Assembly (NCBI GenBank): GCA_029555085.1
Contig: JAKPTO010000002.1
Location: forward strand, 1-48,229
Length of the DNA: 48,229 nucleotides
Direction: 5' to 3'
Source of the DNA: a bacterium
GTDB lineage: Bacteria; Patescibacteriota; Patescibacteriia; UBA1558; S5-K13
Shown here: one piece after another, positions 1 to 10,607 of the stretch
How positions within the stretch are numbered: the stretch's first letter is position 1
Layout: the number at the start of each line of letters is the position of its first letter
Notes under the pieces: generated by a model
Seen by the model: only the letters and a program-made list of their open reading frames with translations
Databases searched by the model: none
Told to the model about the DNA's origin: nothing
Made by a program: the position numbers and the translations under genes

Positions 1-140
1 GTATGTTATTTTGATAAAGGCTCCAACAAATCCTTATTTTTGTGATAGAATCATATTGTGACATAGATTTTGATATTTAATTGTTATATGCATATCAATT
101 ATATCATTTTCTATGTCGCATATTTATTTAGAATAGTACG
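1..140 (-). mobile_element. Possible left end of an IS481-like insertion sequence with the 5' end of its transposase (ORF starts at 64 and runs off the window)
   Basis: Minus strand ATG at 64 opens MSQYDSITKIRICWSLYQNNI.. to the edge. TGnTATAAT at 98-106 points at it. 114-140 reads CGTACTATTCTAAATAAATATGCGACA on the minus strand, resembling TGTA...GACA IS481-type ends. Only 21 codons are visible. Confidence 0.4.
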
Positions 141-217
141 GCGCAAGGCTCTTTTAAAAATCTCCTGATTCTGCTAATATAAAATTAATTTAATAAAATC
201 TGTTTCAATAAATATAT

Positions 218-1588
218 ATGTCAATAAATACAGATTTTAAACTAAAAATAAAAAAATTTATATTAATTCTTGGGGACATAATAACCCTTTATTTTTGTTT
301 ATTTTTAACATTATTAATAAGGTTTTACAAAAACTTTTCAAAAGAATTATACATTGAACATGCTCTTTATTTCACAACAATCTATGTTATTTGGCTAATT
401 CTAATATTTAGCTTTAGATTCTACGAAACACACAAACCCATAAAAAAACCTTTTGACATAATTACCAACACACTATATTTTTCAATAATAAATTTATTTC
501 TTAGTGTTCTATACTTCTATTTAACCCCAAATCAACTTATTACACCAAAAACGATTCTTATTTTAAATGTTTTAATTTTTGCTTTGTTTTTCTTTTTGTG
601 GAGAAATTTTGCTAATAAATTTTTATATAGATATAGCTTGAAACAAAACTGTCTTGTTATAAGCAATAGCGAATATTTAATAAAAAGTATAAAACAAAAA
701 CCTGAACTCAATTTAAATATAAAAAAATTTATAAATCCGGGCTCAAATATAAATCTTGAGGGAGTAGAAGGGATAACATTAGATGAATTAGACACATTCC
801 CAGAGCAAAATAAAATTCAAAACATAATAATTGATGATGAGCTTTTGTTTAATCAAGAAATATCAAAAAAATTGATAAAATATTTGAATCTAAAAATCGA
901 AATTATAACAACTTCTGATTTTTATGAAAAATTCTTAGGAAAAGTTGCCATAAAAAATATAAATCAGGTCTGGATTATAAATAACTTCAATGAAAATAAA
1001 AAATATATATTTGATGTTTTTAAAAGTATACTTGATATAGTATTTAGTATTATATTTTTAATAATTTCAATAATACTTGTTCCCTTTATAGTAATTGCCA
1101 TAAAATTAGATTCTAAGGGGCCAATTTTATTTATGCAAGTTAGAACTGGAAAGAATGGGAAAAACTTCTTAGCAATGAAATTTAGAACAATGATTGATAA
1201 TGCAGAAACAAATGGCGCTCAATGGGCACAGGAAAATGATTCAAGAATTACCCGAGTTGGAAATTTTTTAAGAAAAACAAGACTTGATGAAATTCCACAA
1301 CTAATAAATATTTTGCGTGGGGAAATGAGTTTAATAGGACCAAGACCAGAGCGTCCGGAATTTATTAAAACTCTAGAACAACAAATTCCATATTATAATC
1401 ACAGATTACTTGTGCGTCCTGGACTCACTGGCTGGGCTCAGATAAATTATCCATACGGGAGTTCAGTTGAAGACGCAATAGAAAAATTGGAATATGATTT
1501 GTATTATGTAAAAAACAGATCCATTGCTCTTGATATTTCCATAATTTTAAAAACACTAAATACTGTTTTAAAAGCGCAGGGAAGATAA
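218..1588 (+). CDS. Polyprenyl-phosphate glycosylphosphotransferase (WcaJ/WbaP-like priming sugar transferase)
   Basis: N-terminal TM helices; C-terminal KFRTM, DSRITRVG.FLRKTRLDEIPQLINILRGEMSLIGPRPE, PGLTGWAQ and DLYY motifs. Confidence 0.95.
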   Translation: MSINTDFKLKIKKFILILGDIITLYFCLFLTLLIRFYKNFSKELYIEHALYFTTIYVIWLILIFSFRFYETHKPIKKPFDIITNTLYFSIINLFLSVLYFYLTPNQLITPKTILILNVLIFALFFFLWRNFANKFLYRYSLKQNCLVISNSEYLIKSIKQKPELNLNIKKFINPGSNINLEGVEGITLDELDTFPEQNKIQNIIIDDELLFNQEISKKLIKYLNLKIEIITTSDFYEKFLGKVAIKNINQVWIINNFNENKKYIFDVFKSILDIVFSIIFLIISIILVPFIVIAIKLDSKGPILFMQVRTGKNGKNFLAMKFRTMIDNAETNGAQWAQENDSRITRVGNFLRKTRLDEIPQLINILRGEMSLIGPRPERPEFIKTLEQQIPYYNHRLLVRPGLTGWAQINYPYGSSVEDAIEKLEYDLYYVKNRSIALDISIILKTLNTVLKAQGR

Positions 1589-1660
1589 AAAATATGACAC
1601 ATAAAACAAATGTTGAAAATGGTATAAAAAAATTCATAAATTGGTATAAACAATATTACA

Positions 1661-2914
1661 ATGTTCAATAAAATAAAAAACTTCATATATAAATTACTAA
1701 AAAAATCTGAAAAATTTTTTCAAACAGATATGATTTATCTTGCCAAGGGTGGATTTTGGCTAAATTTGGGACAAATCATATCATCACTTTCTGGATTATT
1801 ACTATCGATTGTTTTTGCGAATTATGTTACAAAAGAAACATTTGGAATTTATAAATACACAATAAGTATTGCCGGTCTTTTGTCCCTTTCAACACTGAGT
1901 GGGTTAAATACAGTAATAATACAATCAGTTGCTCAGAACAAAGAAGGAATTCTTAAAAAATCACTAAAAACAAAAATATCATGGGGATTTATTGGTTTCG
2001 CTCTTGGAGTATGTTTTTCCTTATATTATTTTTATTTCAAGCATGACACGTATCTTTCTTTATCGGTTTTAATAGCTGCAATATTTATTCCATTTATGGA
2101 TTCTTTTGCTATTTATGATTCATTTTTAGTTGCGAAAGAGAATTTTAAAAAATCATCAATATATGGGATTATAATAAAAACAACCTCAACAATAATTTTA
2201 ATTTCAACAATTTTTATTAGTAAAAATTTATTTTTACTAATTTTTATGTATTTCACGTCTTATACTATAATGAGATTTTTCTTTTTATTAGTGGTTATAA
2301 AAAAACACAAACCAAATAACGATTTCGATAATTCCTCTATCACCTATGGAAAACATTTGAGCTTAATAAATCTTATAACAAGCATTGCTCAATATTTAGA
2401 TAGTGTTTTAATTTTTCAATTTTTAGGACCAGCAAAATTAGCAATTTATTCAATTGCAATAGCATTTCCTGAAAATATTAGAAACCTAATGAAATTCATA
2501 CAACCACTTGCTCTTGTAAAATTTTCCAGTCAAAACAAAGAAACTGTTTATAGGGACATTACTAGACAAATGAAAAAAATTGGTCTGATAATTTTTGTAA
2601 TAATTATTTTATATATTATCTTCGCAAAGCTAATATTTATTCTTTTGATGCCACTATACAAAGAAGCTATTTTTTATTCACAATTATTCTCCTTATCACT
2701 GTTTTATTTTGTAATAGCAATCCCTATTTCAGCCCTGCAATCTCAATCAGAACAAAAAAAACTATATAAATTTTATACAGTAACGTCCATATTCCAAATA
2801 ATCGTATTATTGCCGGGAGCAATATTTTTTGGCATAACAGGCGTCATTATTGCTAGAATTATAGCAAGATTTTTTCAAATAGCTTTCATGCTACATATTT
2901 TAAAAAGTAAATAA
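1661..2914 (+). CDS. wzx: Wzx-type oligosaccharide flippase
   Basis: 417-aa polytopic membrane protein with FGIY and LGPAKLAIYSIA patterns typical of PST/MOP flippases; follows the priming transferase. Confidence 0.85.
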   Translation: MFNKIKNFIYKLLKKSEKFFQTDMIYLAKGGFWLNLGQIISSLSGLLLSIVFANYVTKETFGIYKYTISIAGLLSLSTLSGLNTVIIQSVAQNKEGILKKSLKTKISWGFIGFALGVCFSLYYFYFKHDTYLSLSVLIAAIFIPFMDSFAIYDSFLVAKENFKKSSIYGIIIKTTSTIILISTIFISKNLFLLIFMYFTSYTIMRFFFLLVVIKKHKPNNDFDNSSITYGKHLSLINLITSIAQYLDSVLIFQFLGPAKLAIYSIAIAFPENIRNLMKFIQPLALVKFSSQNKETVYRDITRQMKKIGLIIFVIIILYIIFAKLIFILLMPLYKEAIFYSQLFSLSLFYFVIAIPISALQSQSEQKKLYKFYTVTSIFQIIVLLPGAIFFGITGVIIARIIARFFQIAFMLHILKSK

Positions 2915-2920
2915 AAACAT

Positions 2921-3577
2921 ATGGATTCAAAAACATTTGGTCAAGAGAATTATAATAAATACTGGGCTAATAGAAAAAAAATGAACAGAACTGGATTATC
3001 AGAAATACATAAAATAATAATTGGAATTGTTAATAAATACCAAAAACAAAAATCAAAAATTCTTGATTTGGGAGTTGGGCCCGGACATGTATTTAAAGAG
3101 CTCCAAAAAAATCATGACCTTTATGGTATTGAGATTGCTGATGAAGCATTTTCAATGTATGATTTTGATACAAAAAATATCAAAAAATTTGATTTTTCAA
3201 ATGGAATTCCAGAATTTGAAAATGTAAAGAGTTTTGATGTGATAATTGCAAGCAATATATTACATCACCTAAAAAACCCATTAAAATTACTTTTGGAAAT
3301 AAAAGAAAAAATGAATAATAACTCGATTCTTATTTTTGTTACCCCAAATATCTCCTTCTTCATTCACAGAATAAAATATTTCTTTACCGGAAAATTTCCA
3401 AATTTCAGTAAATCACATGTTAATTTTTTATCTCCATATGAATGGATAGAGATGTTAAAAACAAATGGCTTTAAAATTATTGAAATTCAAACAATGGGAA
3501 GACATAAAATACTGCTAAAATTGTTTCCCCTACTTATTTCTGGTAGTTTATTTTTTGTATGTAAAAAATCTAAATAA
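2921..3577 (+). CDS. Class I SAM-dependent methyltransferase
   Basis: ILDLGVGPG motif I, FDVIIASNILHHL, TPN. Confidence 0.9.
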   Translation: MDSKTFGQENYNKYWANRKKMNRTGLSEIHKIIIGIVNKYQKQKSKILDLGVGPGHVFKELQKNHDLYGIEIADEAFSMYDFDTKNIKKFDFSNGIPEFENVKSFDVIIASNILHHLKNPLKLLLEIKEKMNNNSILIFVTPNISFFIHRIKYFFTGKFPNFSKSHVNFLSPYEWIEMLKTNGFKIIEIQTMGRHKILLKLFPLLISGSLFFVCKKSK

Positions 3578-4196
3578 ACCTTTGAAATACAATATCTAAT
3601 TTTTCTAAATCAAGATTTGGTTGTTTTTCTTTTTTTCTCATTCCATCCCAATCTATGAAAATAATAAAATGATCCGATTTTCTTATATAGATATTTTTTG
3701 CTTTTATATCTCCATGAATATAACCTATTTCATTTAATCGTAAAATTAATTGCTTTATTTTTTCCTTATAACCAGAAAGCAGTGATATATTTTTATTGTT
3801 TTCTTCAATAATTTTATCTAGTCTTTGGTAATCATCTCCTAAGTATTCACAAATAACTTTATTTTTAAATTGAAAAAATGTGGGGATATTACAAAAATTA
3901 TGATTTTTTAATTCCTTAAAATAATTAAATAATTTTTTATCATTTATAAAATCTATACCCAAATAAAGCTTATCGTGAATTAACATAAAAAAATTGAGTT
4001 TCTTGTAGACAAAGTGATTTCCATTTTTATCTTTTAGAATAAAAATAAAAGAATGCCTATCGCCTACATTTTCGAAATGCATCAAATTAACAGAAAAATT
4101 CTCTCTAAAATATATTTTATAATAGAAGAGAAAAATTTTAGAAAAAATTTTTCTATATAATTTTGCCTTGAATATTATTATTTTCTTTAAAAACAT
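3570..4196 (-). CDS. Small protein-kinase-fold phosphotransferase (Kdo/WaaP/RIO-like)
   Basis: VYKK lysine, ICEYL hinge, HGDIKAKN catalytic loop, IDWDG metal-binding motif. Confidence 0.75.
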   Translation of the reverse strand: MFLKKIIIFKAKLYRKIFSKIFLFYYKIYFRENFSVNLMHFENVGDRHSFIFILKDKNGNHFVYKKLNFFMLIHDKLYLGIDFINDKKLFNYFKELKNHNFCNIPTFFQFKNKVICEYLGDDYQRLDKIIEENNKNISLLSGYKEKIKQLILRLNEIGYIHGDIKAKNIYIRKSDHFIIFIDWDGMRKKEKQPNLDLEKLDIVFQRFI

Positions 4197-4197
4197 A

Positions 4198-4872
4198 TTA
4201 TTTTCTTGCTATACAAAAATATCCTATTGGACATGGATGATGTTTTAATATATTTTTTGGAATTATTTTGTCTAAATACAATGATATCAAATATAAAAAT
4301 GATTTAAATATTGAAAAAATACCTTTCATTGGGATTGGACTTATTATTAAATTAGCACAAGCAGAGAATCTTTCTCCTATTGGAATAATTTTTATATATC
4401 CAAAACCAATTTCATCAAGTTCTTCTTGTATTTTGATAGATGTCCACCTATTAAAATCTTTTGGTTCTGGTCTTAAATTAATTATAAACATTGAAGAAAA
4501 ATAAATCACACCTTCCGTTTTTAAAATTCTATGAACATCCTTCAATAAATTTTCTGGATTTCTCAATAAGTCTATTAAATTAATACATAAAATTGTATCA
4601 AAGGAATTACTCTCTATCGGCAATGGTATTTTGTTAAGATCAGTCACTATGTCAATTCCAGGATTATTTTTAATATCTGCTTTTATTATTTTTATACCCT
4701 CATCTAAAAATTGAGAATAATTATCGTGAATTCCAGATCCCAAATCTAAAACATTTTCATTTATATTTTTACAATGCTCCATTATCTGATAATTTAATAA
4801 AATTCTGAAAATTGTCTTTCCCTGCCAAGATTCTTTAAATAAAAATTTTATAAACTTAAAATTAATTTTCAT
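4198..4872 (-). CDS. Class I SAM-dependent methyltransferase
   Basis: VLDLGSG, FDTILC, RILKTEG, PKDFNRWT. Confidence 0.88.
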   Translation of the reverse strand: MKINFKFIKFLFKESWQGKTIFRILLNYQIMEHCKNINENVLDLGSGIHDNYSQFLDEGIKIIKADIKNNPGIDIVTDLNKIPLPIESNSFDTILCINLIDLLRNPENLLKDVHRILKTEGVIYFSSMFIINLRPEPKDFNRWTSIKIQEELDEIGFGYIKIIPIGERFSACANLIISPIPMKGIFSIFKSFLYLISLYLDKIIPKNILKHHPCPIGYFCIARK

Positions 4873-4877
4873 AATAT

Positions 4878-5990
4878 TTACATTTTACCCAAACGACAAC
4901 ATCTTTTACATATTGGCAACAAATTATTTGATATAATTTTTTTCTTTATATTTATAAACTCTTCAGAATTCCAAATTTCACTGACATCTTGTTCTAAAAT
5001 ATTACCAAATTCCCTTTTAATAAACGGGCACAAAATAACACTACCCTGTGCATTTAATCTAAGAGTATTCATATCTTTACAATATAATTTAACTTTTTCC
5101 CTCAAGCTACCATTTAAATACTCATCTGGATAAATATTGAAAATATTCGGCTGAATCAATATATTTAATCCTGAAATTTTCTTTAATTCATTTAGTATTT
5201 TAAATAATTGCCCTTTATCAAATTTATAAGTACACGATTCTTTCAATTCTACAGCAAAATCTTTTTCATCGATTCCTAAAATTCTAGCAGACTCTTCCAG
5301 TTCTGCTTTAGTAGAAAACATTTCAAATTGCAGACTATAATTTTTAACACCCTGATCCTTTACAATATTTGCAACTTCAAATAAATAATTAATATTATCG
5401 TCCATAATGACAGAATTAACTGTAGTATTAAAATTGTTTCTTGTCAGCTCAATTGCTTTTAAGAGTTTATCATATGCATAGCTTTGTCCTCTAATAAAAT
5501 TATGATAATCCCTTGGACCATCCAAAGAATAACCGATCCCTGTTACATTTTTACAATTTTTTAATTCTTCTATATTTTCATCATTTATAAGTGTACCATT
5601 TGTAGCTAAATAAACACTCATATTTAATGTATTAAAATAATGAATCATTTCAAAAATATCCCTCCTCATAAAAACTTCTGCCCCTATGAGACCAATGCTT
5701 TTTATTCTACCTTTTAATGGTAAAAAGGATTTTTTTACATCCTCTAGTTTTATATCCTGATTACAAAGCGCTCTTTCTTGTTTCTGATAACACATGCGAC
5801 AATTTAAATTGCATTTTGTTGTTGGCTCGAAAGCAATTCCACTTGGTAGTATATTTTTTTTACCAGAAAAAAATTTTTTAATATTTCTTCTCATTGATAT
5901 ATTAGAAACAACCAAATATATTTTTTTAATTGGTTTGTAAAGAAATGAACTTTTTATAACTTTTTTTATAATCTTATTCATTTTTTGCAA
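4878..5990 (-). CDS. Radical SAM protein with SPASM/twitch domain
   Basis: CNLNCRMC (CxxxCxxC), TNGTL, SLDG; C-terminal C..GSVILCP..GNI..CKRCC. Confidence 0.92.
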   Translation of the reverse strand: MQKMNKIIKKVIKSSFLYKPIKKIYLVVSNISMRRNIKKFFSGKKNILPSGIAFEPTTKCNLNCRMCYQKQERALCNQDIKLEDVKKSFLPLKGRIKSIGLIGAEVFMRRDIFEMIHYFNTLNMSVYLATNGTLINDENIEELKNCKNVTGIGYSLDGPRDYHNFIRGQSYAYDKLLKAIELTRNNFNTTVNSVIMDDNINYLFEVANIVKDQGVKNYSLQFEMFSTKAELEESARILGIDEKDFAVELKESCTYKFDKGQLFKILNELKKISGLNILIQPNIFNIYPDEYLNGSLREKVKLYCKDMNTLRLNAQGSVILCPFIKREFGNILEQDVSEIWNSEEFINIKKKIISNNLLPICKRCCRLGKM

Positions 5991-6615
5991 TAAAAAATAA
6001 TATGAATGATATTAAATTTGGAAAAATTTTTGATAATTTTTTATATCTACCAATCCCTATAATATCTAAATTTTTAAATTCTGAACTTAAAATTTGTCTT
6101 AACTCACTCATGGAAAATTGGGTAATGTGTATTGGGTCATCAAGTGGCGTGTTTCTTTTTTGACCAAATAGATATCTTATTCTATTTTTTAAACTAAATG
6201 CATTTGGAACAGATCCTATAAAAATTCCACCATCATTCAGATGTTCTTTTATTTTTTTAATCATATCCCTTGGATAATAAACATGCTCTAAGACTTCTCC
6301 TGCAAATATTATATCAAATTTTCTATTCTCCAAAACACTCCAATCATCATTTAAATCCATATGTATGGTTTCAATTCCCAACTTTTCTTTTGCTTTAATT
6401 AATGATTTCTTATCAATATCAACACCTAGAACATTATTACCTTCACTAAAAAATTGAGTTAATGCCCCATCACGACAACCAACATCTAAAACAATTTTTC
6501 CCGTTCCTATAAATTTTTGCAGTAACTCTCCCCTTTGTTTTTTCATTATTGAAAAACCATCTTCTCGCTCAACGCTATGATGAAATTCATAAATTTTCTG
6601 TATAGGATTATTCAT
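5974..6615 (-). CDS. Class I SAM-dependent methyltransferase
   Basis: VLDVGCRDG, FDIIFAGEVLEHV, SVPN. Confidence 0.9.
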   Translation of the reverse strand: MNNPIQKIYEFHHSVEREDGFSIMKKQRGELLQKFIGTGKIVLDVGCRDGALTQFFSEGNNVLGVDIDKKSLIKAKEKLGIETIHMDLNDDWSVLENRKFDIIFAGEVLEHVYYPRDMIKKIKEHLNDGGIFIGSVPNAFSLKNRIRYLFGQKRNTPLDDPIHITQFSMSELRQILSSEFKNLDIIGIGRYKKLSKIFPNLISFILFFIAKNE

Positions 6616-6625
6616 TTTTTTTCAA

Positions 6626-7780
6626 TTACTTATTAAAATAATTATTTATATTATAATTGGAGTTAATCTTATTTTCAACATAATTAAAAGCATTGTTTTT
6701 CTTTAAAATAACCTCATCTGTATTTTGTATACATTTATCAATAATTCCCTCTAATTCCTGAATATTTTCACCATTCCAATAAAAACCATTTTCTTCATTT
6801 ATACCTATTGAATCAATTATTCCCTCTATTTTACTACCTACAACCAGAACATTCATATACATTGCCTCGTGAAAAACTAGTCCTAATCCTTCTGATTTTG
6901 AAAGTAATATAAACAAATCGGCATCAAGATAATAATTCCAAATATCTTGTCTTGAAACATGGCCAGCAAAAATCACTCTATTACTAATATTTAAATTATT
7001 TGTTAATTTTTTTAATTCCTGTTCTAGGCTTCCACTACCAACAATTATTAATATTAAATTTGAATTTTTTAATTTTGAAAATACTCCTATTAGTTTTTCA
7101 TAATTTTTTTCTTTTTCTAATCTACCAACTGATAAAATAATTTTTCTGGAATTATCAATATTATATAAATTTCTAACAACATTTTTTTCAGCTTTCAATA
7201 TAAATCCCTGATCTCTTTTTATTGTATTAGGGTACAAAAAATTTATCTTCTGTTCTTTTATACCCATATTAATAAGATAATTTTTTGTTGCCTCGCTTAT
7301 AGCAAAATATTTATCAACAAATATATTTAGTAAAATTTCTGAGAGTTTATAATAAAATACTATAAAAAAATTAAATTTCCTTCTTGTTTTTGCTAAACTA
7401 CTTGGAAGCGCGCCTAATATTAAAAAAATCTTGGATTTATAAAAATACTTTAAAAAAATACTACCAAAAATAGTTGGAAAATCGTACAAAAATATTATAT
7501 CTGGTTTAAATTTATATTTTATAATATTTAGAGGCAGAAGAAATACTAACAAGATATCACAAAAAAACCTAGATTTAAAAATTGGTCTAATGTGTTTAGT
7601 TTGAATATTATTATTTTTTTTATAATAAGTTTTGGTAGACCAGTCAAAAATAAAAAAATTATTAAATTCTGGATTCAAACAATCTCTTTCTAATTTTTCA
7701 ATTAATTGGTTATAATCATGCTCAAAAATATTTCTCCAATCAAAACCAATCATTAGTATATTTAATTTTTTTTCAATCAT
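6626..7780 (-). CDS. Glycosyltransferase family 4
   Basis: VGRLEKEKN; SKSEGLGLVFHEAM (Ex7E). Confidence 0.93.
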   Translation of the reverse strand: MIEKKLNILMIGFDWRNIFEHDYNQLIEKLERDCLNPEFNNFFIFDWSTKTYYKKNNNIQTKHIRPIFKSRFFCDILLVFLLPLNIIKYKFKPDIIFLYDFPTIFGSIFLKYFYKSKIFLILGALPSSLAKTRRKFNFFIVFYYKLSEILLNIFVDKYFAISEATKNYLINMGIKEQKINFLYPNTIKRDQGFILKAEKNVVRNLYNIDNSRKIILSVGRLEKEKNYEKLIGVFSKLKNSNLILIIVGSGSLEQELKKLTNNLNISNRVIFAGHVSRQDIWNYYLDADLFILLSKSEGLGLVFHEAMYMNVLVVGSKIEGIIDSIGINEENGFYWNGENIQELEGIIDKCIQNTDEVILKKNNAFNYVENKINSNYNINNYFNK

Positions 7781-8508
7781 ATTTTTAATAAAAATCTAAA
7801 TTTTGTTACCCAGCTATCTACAAAATTCCTTGGTAATTCATATGGGCTTATTTTTTGACTTACAAATCCACGATGTACCGTAACCGCTGATATAAATTCT
7901 AAATTTTTTAAAATTTCTATTGTTTCTTTATTATAATTTCCCCAAGGATAAGCAAAGCATGTGCATTTTTTATTTAAATTGTTTTCAATGTCTTGCTTTG
8001 ATTTTAATATTTCTTCTTCTGCTTGATTATTATCTAATTCTGTAAGTCGTGCGTGAGTTTGTGTATGTGGTTCAAAATCAATACCATAATTACTCATTTC
8101 CATAATTTGTTCCCAAGAAAGCATTTTTAAACCATTTCTATGTCCTGACATAAGCCCTGTAGATAAAAATATGGTCGCTGGATAATTATATTGTTTTAAA
8201 ATTGGATAAACATTTATAAAATTATCTTCATATCCATCATCAAAAGTTATTACTATTGTTTTTTTATTAACAATCTCTTTGTTCTGAATTTTTTTTATCA
8301 AATCATTAAGTGAAATTACATTGTAATTATTATTTTGTAAATATTTCATTTGCCAATTAAACTCTTCCGGGGAAACGGTAAAAAATTGTTTTTCATCGCT
8401 TACTGAGTGATACATTAAAATACTTGCAGAATTTCTACAAAAAATCTGTCTTTTTAAAAACCAAAAGATGTCATTTATAAATGCTTTGTAATATTTATAA
8501 TTTCTCAT
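7777..8508 (-). CDS. Polysaccharide deacetylase (NodB/CE4)
   Basis: LMYH, TFDDGY, HTQTH, FAYPWG. Confidence 0.93.
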   Translation of the reverse strand: MRNYKYYKAFINDIFWFLKRQIFCRNSASILMYHSVSDEKQFFTVSPEEFNWQMKYLQNNNYNVISLNDLIKKIQNKEIVNKKTIVITFDDGYEDNFINVYPILKQYNYPATIFLSTGLMSGHRNGLKMLSWEQIMEMSNYGIDFEPHTQTHARLTELDNNQAEEEILKSKQDIENNLNKKCTCFAYPWGNYNKETIEILKNLEFISAVTVHRGFVSQKISPYELPRNFVDSWVTKFRFLLKI

Positions 8509-9542
8509 TTTAATATATTAAAAATATTGTTTACTAAAATATTTAATGAATGATTTTGTCTTACATATAACTCATTTAATTTTATATAATTATCCCTCTC
8601 AAAATCAACTAAATTAAACGCATTTTTTATACTTTCAACAAATGATTCAACATTTCTCTCTTGAAATATAAATTTATCATCCAAAACTTTTCTATAAGAT
8701 TCATTACTTACTATTGATATACAACCACAAGCCATTGCTTCTAATACAGTTTTATCTAAACTCCCACTATTTGTCATATTTACATAAATTTCACATTTAT
8801 TATAAATTTCCGGAGTTTTATAATTACTTACCTCATCAAAAAACTTAATTCTTCCTGTTTTTATTAAATCATCTGAATCGCTTTTTACTTTTTCAAAATA
8901 TTTTATATCTGTCTCAATTGAATTACCATAAATATAAACATGAAAATCTAAATTTTGTTTGTCTAAAATTTTTATCGCATCAATTAAAATATCTACATTT
9001 TTTATTGTTGATATTCTACCTATACATAAAATGGAATTTTTTTCTCGCTCTATATTTTTATTAAAAAATATACTTGTATCAATTCCAGCAGGCATTTTCC
9101 GAGACTTCTTTATTTTTTTTCTTGCAACATATGAAAATGGTGATGTAAAGCATATATAATTTACGAAAAATAATGCGATGTTTAGCGATACACTTCCCGA
9201 AATATGGTTATACCACAAGATTATTTTTTTGTTTAAAATTTTCCAAAAAGTTCCACCCAAAACAACATAGATGTGGTTCATATGCACGAAAACATTGTCA
9301 TAATCTTTTCTATATTTCCAAATATATTTATAAAATCTAAAAACATATTTTAATCTACTCCTTCCTGTTTCTTTTCCAAGTGATAAAACTTTGACATTTT
9401 CTGGTAAATCATATTCTCCCTTATATAAACAAATTACTGTTAATTTTTCACAATGTTTTGCAAATTCAACAATCCAGCCATGAAAAAAACCCAAAACCGA
9501 ATCATTTTTATCAACCTTTTGTGTAATAATTAATAATTTCAT
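8505..9542 (-). CDS. Glycosyltransferase family 4
   Basis: IGRISTIKN; GSLDKTVLEAMACG variant of the GT4 motif. Confidence 0.9.
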   Translation of the reverse strand: MKLLIITQKVDKNDSVLGFFHGWIVEFAKHCEKLTVICLYKGEYDLPENVKVLSLGKETGRSRLKYVFRFYKYIWKYRKDYDNVFVHMNHIYVVLGGTFWKILNKKIILWYNHISGSVSLNIALFFVNYICFTSPFSYVARKKIKKSRKMPAGIDTSIFFNKNIEREKNSILCIGRISTIKNVDILIDAIKILDKQNLDFHVYIYGNSIETDIKYFEKVKSDSDDLIKTGRIKFFDEVSNYKTPEIYNKCEIYVNMTNSGSLDKTVLEAMACGCISIVSNESYRKVLDDKFIFQERNVESFVESIKNAFNLVDFERDNYIKLNELYVRQNHSLNILVNNIFNILK

Positions 9543-10606
9543 AAAATTGCCTTTTCCCAGGATTTTTTATACAAATCAAGTGTTTGTTCTTTTGTTAATA
9601 ATTTAGAAACTGCAATTTGAGTATTATTTGAAAATTTTTCTCGCAAAACTCTATCTTCGTAAATTTGTATCATCGCATTTTCTAATAACTTTAAATTATT
9701 TACCGGTATAATTATTGCATTTTCATTGTTTATTATAATTTCATTTGCACAACCAACATCAGTCATTATAATTGGTATTTTATACTGAAGAGCTTCAATT
9801 GCTACAAGTCCCCAACCTTCATAATTTGATGTAAGCAAAAAAACATCACAATTTTGATAAAATTTTTCTACATTATTTTGATAACCAAAAAATTTCACAT
9901 AATTTTTCAAATTCAAATCTTCTGCTAATTTTTCTAAATTGTTTTTTTCAGGACCCTCGCCAACTATATGTAATTCAATATTTTGATATTTTTCAACAAT
10001 TTTCTTCAAAGCTCTGATTTGTAATTCAATATTTTTTACTTTTACCAATCTTCCAATTGTCAAAAAAACAAATTTTTTTCTTTCTGCTCGAATCCCTAAG
10101 TCCAAAACCATGGACTTCGTATATATTGGAACAACTGTAATTTTATCTTCACTTATTTTAAATTTCTCTATTATTTCTTTTTTCAACCTCTCGCTTACAA
10201 CTCTTATTGAATTAGCACGAGGTATTACAATATTTGCAATAAATTTTCTCAATCCATAATATTTTTCAAAGCCATGAATTTGAATTTCTAAACCAGTTTT
10301 TAATTTTTTTGAAAGTAAATAAGCAATAAAAGCGAGATAGTATTGATCCTGAACACTTATTAAATTAAATCTTTCTTTTTTAAAAATTTTTATTGTGCCA
10401 AAAAATAATTTAATAATCTGGGTAAATTTATTTCTTCCCCCAAAAGAAAAAATATGCAAATTATCTTTATTGATATTCACGCTCTTATTATTTGGAACAA
10501 CTACAAAATATTTTTCTACGATTTTTGAATATTCTAAAATCCTTTCTAATAATTTAGAATTTTCGTTAAAAATATTTTTATCGTTTCCGACTACTAAAAT
10601 TTGCAT
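9539..10606 (-). CDS. Glycosyltransferase family 4
   Basis: IGRLVKVKN; SNYEGWGLVAIEAL. Confidence 0.93.
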   Translation of the reverse strand: MQILVVGNDKNIFNENSKLLERILEYSKIVEKYFVVVPNNKSVNINKDNLHIFSFGGRNKFTQIIKLFFGTIKIFKKERFNLISVQDQYYLAFIAYLLSKKLKTGLEIQIHGFEKYYGLRKFIANIVIPRANSIRVVSERLKKEIIEKFKISEDKITVVPIYTKSMVLDLGIRAERKKFVFLTIGRLVKVKNIELQIRALKKIVEKYQNIELHIVGEGPEKNNLEKLAEDLNLKNYVKFFGYQNNVEKFYQNCDVFLLTSNYEGWGLVAIEALQYKIPIIMTDVGCANEIIINNENAIIIPVNNLKLLENAMIQIYEDRVLREKFSNNTQIAVSKLLTKEQTLDLYKKSWEKAIL

Positions 10607-10607
10607 A

